Below, one piece after another: positions 9,947-18,994 of a DNA stretch of 63,798 bases. Origin of the DNA: Pseudomonadota bacterium (GTDB taxonomy: Bacteria > Pseudomonadota > Alphaproteobacteria > Paracaedibacterales > CAIOTO01); NCBI GenBank assembly GCA_040389165.1, contig JAZKAK010000012.1, forward strand, positions 1-63,798, given 5' to 3'. The translations under genes and the position numbers were made by a program. Each line of letters opens with the position of its first letter. Positions within the stretch are counted from its first letter, which is position 1. The notes under the pieces were generated by a model that was not told the origin of the DNA, searched no databases, and saw only the letters and a list, made by a program, of their open reading frames with translations.

Positions 9947-11887
9947 ATGCAGTTAAATTCAGCAAGCGCCGTCCCTGCAACGTATTATAATGCACATGAT
10001 AATGCAGGTGTATGGACATCAACTGACAGTAATGGTAACAATTCAGCAACGATAGGCACACCTGCACTTGGATCTACATTTAACTCAACGAACGGTGGCA
10101 TAACACCTGCCTTAACTGTGAATAATGGTTATGCAGGTTTTAGTAATCATGGCGCCGGCACTGTTACCAATACTATCACTGGCGGAGTAAATATTAGCAA
10201 TGGTGGTTATGCGGATTTTAGTAATTCCGGCACCGGCACAGTGACAAGCACCATCACGGGCGGCATAAATCTTAGCAATGGTTATGCGGATTTTGGTAAT
10301 TACAGCAATGGTACTGCTACCAATACCATCACGGGCGGTATTACAGCTGATAATAGCTATGTGTATATGTATAAAGGAAACACAATTATAAATAATATAG
10401 ACACAATGACTCTCAATAATTCAATATTTTATATTGGGGGAGGCAGTAATAGTAGGACACATATAGATAACCTGAATTGGAATAGTGGAACTTTACGTTT
10501 TTATTTTGCTGATGGTAGTTTTGGCAATACAACAATTGATACATTAAATATTGGAAATGGACCATTAATAATAACTATGAGGACATACAATGGAAATTAT
10601 TCTTATACAAATCCATCTGATTTACACACTGAACAAACTCTTTTCACCGTTGGCACGGTAACTGGCGATCCATCAAATATTACACTTAATAACAACAACC
10701 CCTTTCACGAAGTCATCGCAACCAGCGGTGCACCTAATGGTATAACTGTTTCCCCCAACGGACAAGTAACCGTCACCCTTATTCCAACAGCAACATCCGC
10801 AACGACCAATCATATCGACGCCCTTAGCGCGGCAAGCGATTTACTACCAAGCTTACAAAATACAACCAGCCAAATGACGAATGACTTTGCCCCATCAGCC
10901 TACAAAGTTGCTAAAGCACGTGCAAATATGACCAAGATTATGCGCGAAAATCAGCGTGATTCACTTGAATCACTTATTACCGCACTGGCCAAAGAAGACA
11001 CAGGCACAATCACCAAAATCAGAGGTGATTTTCGTGTGTTTGCCGCACCCTATGTTACACAAATTCGTAACAATGGTATGGGTGGTTATATGGCTGGCTA
11101 TAGCGAAAAATATTATGGGATGTTAGTAGGTGGCAGTCATTATTTCAAAGCAAGCGGAGTCAATCTGCTGGGCATGATTGGGTTTGGCGCGTCGAAAACG
11201 CAACAGGATCGAAGTGTAAACAGCAATACTAACGGCAAAAACTTAATGCTGGGTCTTGATGTGCGAAAAACCTTTGTCGATGCATGGAATATTGGGTGGG
11301 ATTTTGAATCGAACCTCAGTGGTATCGCCGTAAAGAATGTGCAACAACGTCAAGGTAATCCAAGCCCGAGTCAAAGCTACATTGCCGTTTCGCGTTATAA
11401 TACGTATGCTGCGGCCTTTAAAAATGAAATAGGCCCAATCTTTATATTACCACACGGATTTTCAATTAAGCCCGACATTGGATTACAGGTAAATCAATCG
11501 AAACAGACTAAGATCCAAGAACAAAACGCTGGTATTTTCGCACAGAATTACAAAGAAACGATCGCACGTAACGGTGAAATTTATGGCGGCGTTGGTGTGC
11601 GCAAACAATGGAAAGCAGATGGCTTTGAAGGGAAAATTACGCTTAAATACGAAGTCGGCGAAAAATCCGGTAATGGCAAAAGCACATCAACGATTTACAC
11701 AGAAACAACGCCAGGGGGTGTGAATTCAACTGGCACGAAACCTGGCAAGACAACACATTATATCAATCTGTATGGATCCATGCTTGATATGAAAAGCAAT
11801 TGGAAATGTGTTCCTGGCATGACAGTCACACTTCAAAAAGGGCAAAAAAGTATCTCTGGAACGATTAAATTTGAACGTCGATTTTAA
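9947..11887 (+). CDS. autotransporter (type Va) outer membrane protein; 5' end probably extends upstream through the heptamer tract
   Basis: The passenger has repeated TNTITGG(I/V)N(I/L)SNGYADF(S/G)N units. The C-terminal ~270 aa has an alternating beta-strand pattern ending ..GTIKFERRF. The ORF as drawn lacks a signal peptide. Confidence 0.8.
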   Translation: MQLNSASAVPATYYNAHDNAGVWTSTDSNGNNSATIGTPALGSTFNSTNGGITPALTVNNGYAGFSNHGAGTVTNTITGGVNISNGGYADFSNSGTGTVTSTITGGINLSNGYADFGNYSNGTATNTITGGITADNSYVYMYKGNTIINNIDTMTLNNSIFYIGGGSNSRTHIDNLNWNSGTLRFYFADGSFGNTTIDTLNIGNGPLIITMRTYNGNYSYTNPSDLHTEQTLFTVGTVTGDPSNITLNNNNPFHEVIATSGAPNGITVSPNGQVTVTLIPTATSATTNHIDALSAASDLLPSLQNTTSQMTNDFAPSAYKVAKARANMTKIMRENQRDSLESLITALAKEDTGTITKIRGDFRVFAAPYVTQIRNNGMGGYMAGYSEKYYGMLVGGSHYFKASGVNLLGMIGFGASKTQQDRSVNSNTNGKNLMLGLDVRKTFVDAWNIGWDFESNLSGIAVKNVQQRQGNPSPSQSYIAVSRYNTYAAAFKNEIGPIFILPHGFSIKPDIGLQVNQSKQTKIQEQNAGIFAQNYKETIARNGEIYGGVGVRKQWKADGFEGKITLKYEVGEKSGNGKSTSTIYTETTPGGVNSTGTKPGKTTHYINLYGSMLDMKSNWKCVPGMTVTLQKGQKSISGTIKFERRF

Positions 11888-11995
11888 TGAATGATGACAC
11901 AGCTCAATGAACATGACTTGTGTCATCACATAACAAACGTTTAATAGCAAACGCAGGGGGAAAACGTGCACCCTACGTTAATAAGAAACTCAAAA

Positions 11996-12478
11996 CTACT
12001 TAATGGAAATAACGGTTCCACCTGTCATCGCAACCAAATCCGTTCCTTTTACATTAAAAACAGAATTTGGTGTGCCAGCCGCTGCCCAGACATTGTCAAA
12101 TTCCAATAGATCTTTATCGATAAAAATGAGCTTTATTGATTTCTTATGCCCAACAGGCGGAATACCGCCAATCGAAAAACCAGTGAAGTCGCGTGCAAAA
12201 TCCGCATTCGCTTTACTGACTTCCTCGCCCAATTGATGCTCGACACTTCGTTCGTTTACCCGATTCAAGCCAGAGACAAGCACCAATACAGGCTGCCCCA
12301 TCGACTGCGTTTTATAGATGAGTGATTTGACAATTTGCCCTACCTCGCACCCAAGCTCTGCTGCCGCATCACTCGCTGTTCGCGTGCTGTCGGAAAGTTC
12401 AATAACGTTGCATTCCACACCGTATTTTGTAAGTGCCGTTTGTACGCTAGGCGCACTTTTTGCTAATATTTGCTTCAT
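11996..12478 (-). CDS. ybaK: YbaK/EbsC-type aminoacyl-tRNA deacylase
   Basis: 160 aa with KSLIYK..VLVLVSG..FSIGGIPPVGH, typical of the YbaK editing domain. Confidence 0.75.
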   Translation of the reverse strand: MKQILAKSAPSVQTALTKYGVECNVIELSDSTRTASDAAAELGCEVGQIVKSLIYKTQSMGQPVLVLVSGLNRVNERSVEHQLGEEVSKANADFARDFTGFSIGGIPPVGHKKSIKLIFIDKDLLEFDNVWAAAGTPNSVFNVKGTDLVAMTGGTVISIK

Positions 12479-12525
12479 TATTTTTTTCCTAAAAAAGTAG
12501 TTGTTAGTATACTCATTTTCTAACT

Positions 12526-13725
12526 TTACACAACCTTTTGATCAGTCCGCGCAATCATCAAAAATCCAATCACACTAACGGCGAGCGTCGCAGGAATCAC
12601 GCCTATGCCATAAACAAATGCACTCGCAACTTTTGTGCCACCACAGCTATGAATCACACATCCAATAACTGTATGAAACACCCAACCAAAGATCATGATA
12701 ATCATGTTAGCAACAGCCGTTGTTAGCCCTGCAACATGCTCTGGCACATACGTAGATGCTTTGTAAATCGCCAGAATCTGATAGGCGCAGCAGATACCAA
12801 CGCAAACAAAACTAATGGTCATCGTGCTTACCGTCAACATGTGCGCGACAAGTGCCCCAAACGTCGCCAACATTACAATACCTGCCCCTGCGATAACAGC
12901 AACATAACGTCCTGTTTTTTCGGCAACAAGGCTTAGCACTGGTGCACCAAAACACATGCCAATAAAGATCATGGATGGCAGATAGCTTGCAACAGCGCCG
13001 TCATATCCATAAACTTGTTTTAAAAATTCTGCGCCCCATACATCAGCAAAGCCTTCAAGTGGCCCTACCATTAACCCTGCCAAAAGGCAAATTGTAATAA
13101 CCTTGCGATTTGTCAGTACCAATTTTATATTAGACATGACTGAGCCATGATTCGTTGATTCCATCTTAGGAACGATGACATATGTCACAACCGCTAGCGC
13201 CAACCCAAGCATTGCAAAAATCTCGACAACGGCTTTATAGCCTAATTGAGCACACATATAACTTACAGGGGCGCCGCCATAAATTGCACCAATTAAGCCA
13301 ATCGTAACGGAAAGGCTGAGCATCCGTGTAAAGTACTTTTCAACGAACGCCATACGAATGATCTTAAACGTACCCAAAATTGCGGCTGATGACCCAATAC
13401 CAATCAACAACCGGCCAACCAATGGATACACCCAATGTTCAGCAAAAAGAATTGGCAACAAACCGACAACCGTAAGTAAAATACAACCTGACATGACATT
13501 CTTAGGGCCATAGCGATCAAGCATAATGCCAATTGGCAAATGCATCAGTGAATAACCAATGTAATAAATACCCGAAAATTGCCCAAAAACCGCGGCATCG
13601 ATGTGAAATTGATTCATAATATCGCCCAGCATAATATTGGGCATGACGCGTATAATGTATTGATATGCGTAGAAAATAGAGGCCGTCATCCAGACTGACC
13701 ATGCAATGGTGCGTGACTTAAACAT
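12526..13725 (-). CDS. MFS transporter
   Basis: 399 aa with about 12 predicted TM segments and the MFS loop GIMLDRYGPK. Confidence 0.75.
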   Translation of the reverse strand: MFKSRTIAWSVWMTASIFYAYQYIIRVMPNIMLGDIMNQFHIDAAVFGQFSGIYYIGYSLMHLPIGIMLDRYGPKNVMSGCILLTVVGLLPILFAEHWVYPLVGRLLIGIGSSAAILGTFKIIRMAFVEKYFTRMLSLSVTIGLIGAIYGGAPVSYMCAQLGYKAVVEIFAMLGLALAVVTYVIVPKMESTNHGSVMSNIKLVLTNRKVITICLLAGLMVGPLEGFADVWGAEFLKQVYGYDGAVASYLPSMIFIGMCFGAPVLSLVAEKTGRYVAVIAGAGIVMLATFGALVAHMLTVSTMTISFVCVGICCAYQILAIYKASTYVPEHVAGLTTAVANMIIMIFGWVFHTVIGCVIHSCGGTKVASAFVYGIGVIPATLAVSVIGFLMIARTDQKVV

Positions 13726-13802
13726 AAGGTGTCCTTCTTGGAATTGAGTTGATAAATTAAGCGTGAAGTTAGAAAAAAGATAAATCGAACAAACTATTTT
13801 TG

Positions 13803-14945
13803 CTACAACAAATCAACAACGCCGTGTCGTTTGCGCGTCAGTCCCAGCAGCATCCCCATGGCGATGGCCAGCGCAATCAACGACGACCCACCATAGCTAA
13901 CAAATGGCATTGTCATTCCCTTGGTAGGAATTAAATGCAAGGCCGAAGCCATATTAACAAACGCTTGCAAACCAAATTGGATCACCAAACCTGACGCCGC
14001 CATCATGACGAACAAACTTGAGTCTTGCATGGAACGCATCAATGATCGCAAAACAATAAAAGCAAACAGCGCAACCATAAATAAACATAAAAACAAACCA
14101 AACTCTTCACCCGCTACGGCAAAAACAAAGTCAGCATGCGCGTCAGGGACATTTTTTTTAACAATCCCCTCCCCCGGCCCTCGGCCAAAAAAGCCGCCCT
14201 GCATAAAAGCCTTTAATGATTGTGTGACTTGATATAAATCTTGCTTAGGGTCGCCAGCTGAAGGATCAAAAAATTGATCCATGCGTCGTGCCACATGCGG
14301 AAATAGAAAATAGGCGCTACATAGACAAACGATACCAAGTCCTGCCAGAATTCCCATCCAAATCAATGGCATACCTGCCACAAATAACTGCCCAATCCAG
14401 GTTGATATCAATACGAGCGTCATCCCTAGATCTGGTTGCAACAGCAATAATACCATCAAAACAATCAACAACACTAATGACACTGAAAGGCCTGGGAATT
14501 CAGGATCTTTATATTTCTCGGCTAACATCCATGCGGCAAGCACGGCAAACGCTGGCTTGATAAATTCAGACGCCTGCAAGGATATTCCAGCAAGCATAAG
14601 CCATCGTTTTGCCCCCTTGATTTCGATTCCATAAAACAGTGTAGCAACAAGCATGATCACCCCCACTAAATACACAAACGAGGCAAGCCTACGTATATGT
14701 AATGGAGTTAATAATGAAATGCCAAACATGATAAGAAGGGCTGGCGGCACCATAATCAAATGACGCTTGACGAAAAAGAATGTGCCAAGGTTCAAACGAT
14801 TAGCTACAGGTGGGCTGGCAGCAAAACTAAGCAGTACACCAAGCGCAATAATGACAAGAATAGCACCTAAACTCCATCGATCAACGGTCCACCACCAGCG
14901 ACCAATAACACTTGTATCTCGTCTTGAAAAAATAGTTTTTGTCAT
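13803..14945 (-). CDS. ftsW: SEDS-family cell division protein FtsW
   Basis: Multi-TM, with the conserved C-terminal PTKGMTMPFVSYGGSS. It has a 4-nt overlap with murD upstream. Confidence 0.9.
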   Translation of the reverse strand: MTKTIFSRRDTSVIGRWWWTVDRWSLGAILVIIALGVLLSFAASPPVANRLNLGTFFFVKRHLIMVPPALLIMFGISLLTPLHIRRLASFVYLVGVIMLVATLFYGIEIKGAKRWLMLAGISLQASEFIKPAFAVLAAWMLAEKYKDPEFPGLSVSLVLLIVLMVLLLLQPDLGMTLVLISTWIGQLFVAGMPLIWMGILAGLGIVCLCSAYFLFPHVARRMDQFFDPSAGDPKQDLYQVTQSLKAFMQGGFFGRGPGEGIVKKNVPDAHADFVFAVAGEEFGLFLCLFMVALFAFIVLRSLMRSMQDSSLFVMMAASGLVIQFGLQAFVNMASALHLIPTKGMTMPFVSYGGSSLIALAIAMGMLLGLTRKRHGVVDLL

Positions 14946-16210
14946 TGGTGAGTCCTTGATTTTAAGCTATTTAAGGCCAATCGTTTAAATTCGTCACCAC
15001 GATGTTCAAAGTCACGGAATTGGTCATAACTCGCGCAGGCTGGTGAAAACAGAATGAGATAGTGTCGCAATGGATCGTACCCATGGGCGCGTACCTCGTT
15101 GCGCATATCAGCAAATGCAGCGCACACAGCTGTCTCAAGATCTCCACATGTTTTTGCGTCAATACTACCCTCTGTCGTTGCCAAAAATTCTTCTTGTGCA
15201 GCACCAATAAAATAAGCTTTTCTAATCATACTGAAATAAGGCTTAAGCGATTGAATGCCACCAGCTTTTGGTTTTCCACCTGCAATCCAATAAATATAAG
15301 GTAACGGCGCAAGCTGCGTATAGTGCACAAGTGCACGCTCTGTTGAATCAGCGTTCGTTGCCTTGCTGTCATTAATAATGCAAAAATCACTGCACGTATA
15401 AACAAGCTCCATCCGATGCGCTAATCCAAGAAAGGAATTGAAGCCCTTTACAATAAGGTCATGCGCAACACCCAATTTTGTGCATACCGCATAGGCAACA
15501 CGCATGTTTTCTTCATTATGCACACCAGGAAGCCGCTCAATCCCTGACAAATCATCAACTGGCTCGACACATTCCGCACCAATAACACGACATTTTGCAT
15601 GATTAAAAATACGATCTTTTGCCGCACTATACGCATCCATTGATCCATGACGATCAATATGGTCTTCGCTAACATTAGTCAGAACTGCTATATCAAGATC
15701 AATACGATTCGTTACTTCAAGCTGAAATGAGGAAAGTTCTAGCACATGCACCGAAACATCACGTTCATCCAACAATGACAATACCGGAACGCCAATATTA
15801 CCGCCCATAACCGCTTTTTTGCCAGCCATGTTTAAAATATGTGTGACCAGCGCCGTAGTCGTTGACTTACCGTTCGTTCCTGTGATGCCTACACACGCAA
15901 TAGATCCATCCCTATATTGATTAAATAAATCAATGTCCGTCATAACGGGAATGCCTTTGACAATAGCGGCCGCTGTTACAGGATGCGGTTGTGGCTTAAA
16001 AAATGGAATACCAGGACTTTGTATAACAGCTTTGATTGTTTCCCAGGGGATATCAATGATAGCGGATAATACATCTCTCCCCTCATAACATATGGCTTGA
16101 TCATCATACACAACGTAAGATTCCCCAATACGACCAAAGAAAGCCGCTGTTGCTTTGCCTGATCGCGCTAAACCCAAGATGAGATACGTTGATTGCTTTT
16201 GAATATTCAT
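14942..16210 (-). CDS. murD: UDP-N-acetylmuramoylalanine--D-glutamate ligase
   Basis: Mur ligase P-loop GITGTNGKSTT. It is translationally coupled to ftsW. Confidence 0.9.
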   Translation of the reverse strand: MNIQKQSTYLILGLARSGKATAAFFGRIGESYVVYDDQAICYEGRDVLSAIIDIPWETIKAVIQSPGIPFFKPQPHPVTAAAIVKGIPVMTDIDLFNQYRDGSIACVGITGTNGKSTTTALVTHILNMAGKKAVMGGNIGVPVLSLLDERDVSVHVLELSSFQLEVTNRIDLDIAVLTNVSEDHIDRHGSMDAYSAAKDRIFNHAKCRVIGAECVEPVDDLSGIERLPGVHNEENMRVAYAVCTKLGVAHDLIVKGFNSFLGLAHRMELVYTCSDFCIINDSKATNADSTERALVHYTQLAPLPYIYWIAGGKPKAGGIQSLKPYFSMIRKAYFIGAAQEEFLATTEGSIDAKTCGDLETAVCAAFADMRNEVRAHGYDPLRHYLILFSPACASYDQFRDFEHRGDEFKRLALNSLKSRTHQ

Positions 16211-16380
16211 AAATTGGCTGTTAAAACGATGTATTTTTCTTTTACCATAACGTTTTTAATGTTATTCAGCAATCATTACATCATCTCGCATTAGTTATCT
16301 CACCGTCAGTTATGGAAATAATATAGCTGTTCACACTTAATTTGAGTATAAGGCGATCGAGGCTCGAAGCGCGGAGTGTA

Positions 16381-16510
16381 CTAATACCATTTTCACTAAC
16401 TTTCAATTAGTGCAGTCCTCTGCAATATCTCTGTTGCTCATGTACAAGTGTACACTGCGCACCTCGAATTTTGATGTCTTACTACTCAAAACTTTTTGAA
16501 AACGGTATAA
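16381..16510 (-). mobile_element. ~129-bp MITE (family D), apparently inserted into a degenerate older copy
   Basis: The reverse complement is near-identical along its length to 61631-61759. Imperfect terminal inverted repeats are TATACCGTTTT / AAAATGGTATTA. The flanks at 16355-16380 and 16511-16547 resemble the two halves of the element core. Confidence 0.8.
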
Positions 16511-16631
16511 CGTACATGAGCACTGCAGATTTCCGAAGATCAACGCCATAATCAATTTAAAAGTGAATGGCTATGATGCATTGAACCCCGTACATTGCCT
16601 ATGTTACACTTCAATCATAATCTCAAGATAA

Positions 16632-17039
16632 ATGAAAATAATGACGTACTTAATTGATGGAATTAGCATTGACTCATTGATTAAGGCGTTTCGTAAATTT
16701 GAAATCTTTCGTCTCAATACGCATACAGAACATGAAAAAGCAGGAACTATTCAAGCTTTTGAGTATTGTTTTGAACTTGTTTGGAAAACAATGAAACGTC
16801 TTTTAGAAGTCCGAGGACAAATTCTAAATTCCCCACGTGAGGTAATACGTGCCGCAGCGCTGGAATCTTTCATTAACGATCCAGAGCTTTGGTTTGATTT
16901 TTTAAAGAAACGAAATATTACTGTCCATACCTATCAAGAAAAAGAAGCCGATGAAGTTCTCTCTATTCTAGAAAGCTTTTCAACAGAAGTTAAAGATTTT
17001 CTAAGCAAGATAGGGGTTGATCCAAATGTTTATGGATGA
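16632..17039 (+). CDS. hepT: HepT-type HEPN toxin (nucleotidyltransferase substrate-binding protein, HI0074-like)
   Basis: 135 aa. HEPN motif Rx4HxY is present as RNITVHTY. There is also a FEYCFELVWKTMKRLL segment typical of the family. Confidence 0.8.
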   Translation: MKIMTYLIDGISIDSLIKAFRKFEIFRLNTHTEHEKAGTIQAFEYCFELVWKTMKRLLEVRGQILNSPREVIRAAALESFINDPELWFDFLKKRNITVHTYQEKEADEVLSILESFSTEVKDFLSKIGVDPNVYG

Positions 17040-17355
17040 TCAGCATCTCAATATTGTTGAAAATGTCTTGAAAAAATACCCTTATACATTTTATGCTTTT
17101 GGATCACGGGCTAAAGGAAATCCAAAGAGACTATCCGATCTTGATCTTTGTTTTATTGAAAACATCCCCGGTAATATCAGATCGCATATTGATGAAGATT
17201 TTGAAAATTCCGACTTGCCTTATAAAGTAGACATTGTTGATTGGCATATGTGTGACGAAAATTTTCAAAAATTAATACGTAAAGACCTGCACCTTATTCA
17301 AATGGGTAAAGATTCACGAGAACTTATACTATTTTCAAAAAAGTTTGAGTGGTAA
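17017..17355 (+). CDS. mntA: MNT-type minimal nucleotidyltransferase antitoxin (HI0073-like)
   Basis: 112 aa. GSx10DxD motif is present as GSRAKGNPKRLSDLD. It overlaps hepT by 23 nt. Confidence 0.8.
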   Translation: MIQMFMDDQHLNIVENVLKKYPYTFYAFGSRAKGNPKRLSDLDLCFIENIPGNIRSHIDEDFENSDLPYKVDIVDWHMCDENFQKLIRKDLHLIQMGKDSRELILFSKKFEW

Positions 17356-17360
17356 GTCTG

Positions 17361-17452
17361 CAAGATTCGAGCAGCGGAGTTTACTGAAGTAAATGAGCAG
17401 CGCAGACATCGCAGGAGGCTGCATCAATCAAACTTTAGTGAAATTGGTATTA
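17361..17452 (+). mobile_element. divergent, left-truncated copy of the family D MITE
   Basis: CAAGATTCGAG..GCGGAGTTTAC..GTAAATGAGCAGC..GCAGGAGGCTGCA..GGTATTA aligns with the right ~95 bp of 61631-61759. It is in opposite orientation to 16381-16510. Confidence 0.65.
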
Positions 17453-17476
17453 CGCCATTCTCAACATAGCAATAGC

Positions 17477-18718
17477 TTACGCTACTGGAACCACTTGCTG
17501 CTGCCCAACATAAGGAACAAGCATTACACGCTTCACAAAATCCACAACAAAATCATCAATTGTTGTATGGAATGGGCTTTGGAATCCATATTCCTCGGGA
17601 TAAACAAGCGTCCAGCCATGGTAACGTGCAACAGCTTCGAGAACCCATTTTGTGATGGCTTCGCTGCCACGTGAATACGGCATAGCGTGCGTTTGAATAA
17701 AAAAGACGTTAGCGAGATCTTCTTTAATTCCATCGACATCTGTGCGTGACCGCAAAACAGCCTTTTCCCAGAATTCCTCGGTAAGCTTCATCAATGTTTC
17801 TACATATTCTTTTGCTGTGTGCATAACCATAAAATGTGATTTTTTAGGAAGCTTATCGATATACGTTTGCGTAACCCCATTTGCTTTATTTGGATCCGAC
17901 TGAAAAAGACCATAAATAACACTAATAGGAACCATGCGATCACCTACTTTGAGCCGCATTGCGTACTTCAAAATACGAAGGCCATCTTTTTTACGTTGAA
18001 GCAATCTTAAATCACGCTTGATATCAGCAGTTGGCGGCCCAAAAAACAGCTCATCCATGCTGACGGCTTCATGTTGAGCAATTTTCACAACTCTCTCATC
18101 AGTAAGCTCTTCAGGATCATATTTGTAATGATTTATCAAAATATCACGTGAGAATGGGATGTTTTTATCATCCAGGCAGCAATCTTGATGCACGACATGA
18201 AAATCGTTATGAGATCTCGCACTTCTTAAATGTACAATGTGATCGGTATCCGTCTTATCTAAATGCTTTAATAAATCGCAAAAACAATCAGCTATATCAT
18301 CATGCCAACTTTTCCTAATAGGCGTATAATCCAATAAGTGAGGTGTATCTTTAATACGAAAAGCACCAAAAACATCTTTTGACTGCGTATTAGTTTCGAA
18401 CGCAATATCGCGACGAAATTTAGCAAGTCCTGTATCTTTTTCGCCTAAAAGTTCCATATAGTAAGATCGTAACGGTTTGTTTTCATTGTGCGAACGGTTA
18501 ACAAGGAAAGCGATCATATGCGTTGCCCATTGGATGGCATATTCAGATTTCATTTTAAAAACTTCAGCGCCCTTTTCGCCACCATAGGTGACTTGCTGAA
18601 TATAATTCTTTTTTACAGGAGCTGGTGGCTGAGTTGTAGCCACAGTGGCTTGCATGCATGGTGAAACAAAACACATTACCATAACAATAAATAATAAAAA
18701 CTTAGATTTCACTAACAA
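17477..18718 (-). CDS. hypothetical secreted protein (orphan)
   Basis: 413 aa with a signal-like N-terminus (MLVKSKFLLFIVMVMCFVSPCMQA). No family recognised. Confidence 0.65.
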   Translation of the reverse strand: MLVKSKFLLFIVMVMCFVSPCMQATVATTQPPAPVKKNYIQQVTYGGEKGAEVFKMKSEYAIQWATHMIAFLVNRSHNENKPLRSYYMELLGEKDTGLAKFRRDIAFETNTQSKDVFGAFRIKDTPHLLDYTPIRKSWHDDIADCFCDLLKHLDKTDTDHIVHLRSARSHNDFHVVHQDCCLDDKNIPFSRDILINHYKYDPEELTDERVVKIAQHEAVSMDELFFGPPTADIKRDLRLLQRKKDGLRILKYAMRLKVGDRMVPISVIYGLFQSDPNKANGVTQTYIDKLPKKSHFMVMHTAKEYVETLMKLTEEFWEKAVLRSRTDVDGIKEDLANVFFIQTHAMPYSRGSEAITKWVLEAVARYHGWTLVYPEEYGFQSPFHTTIDDFVVDFVKRVMLVPYVGQQQVVPVA

Positions 18719-18860
18719 ACAACTTCATAACCAACATGTAATAAATTATACATAAAAAACAGTGCGCAATCAAGGTAACTCAAGGCTTATGCATTAAAGC
18801 ATTTCAGCCAAGAAAAAAAATCTTACCATCCGACCGTTTCAAAAAGAAAATCCTGCCTTA

Positions 18861-18981
18861 CGCAGTGTGCACGTTTTTTAAGCCTAGATTTCTCCTCGTG
18901 TATTCACCGTGCTTGACACGGTGATCTAGATGCCCAGATCAAGTCTGGGCAAAACACAGGAGGGAAAACGTGCACATTGCA
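18861..18981. mobile_element. MITE-like repeat (family F)
   Basis: Termini are CGCAGTGTGCACGTTTT and AAAACGTGCACATTGC. Internal hairpins are CACCGTGCTTGACACGGTG and GCCCAGATCAAGTCTGGGC. Confidence 0.8.
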
Positions 18982-18994
18982 TTGCTTAACTATC

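Noticed and set aside
11958-11976. Solo GGAAAACGTGCACCCTACG downstream of the autotransporter as a full MITE.
   Set aside because: Only one terminus of the CGCAGTG..CACGTTTT family is present, with no partner within 200 bp. It is probably a remnant.
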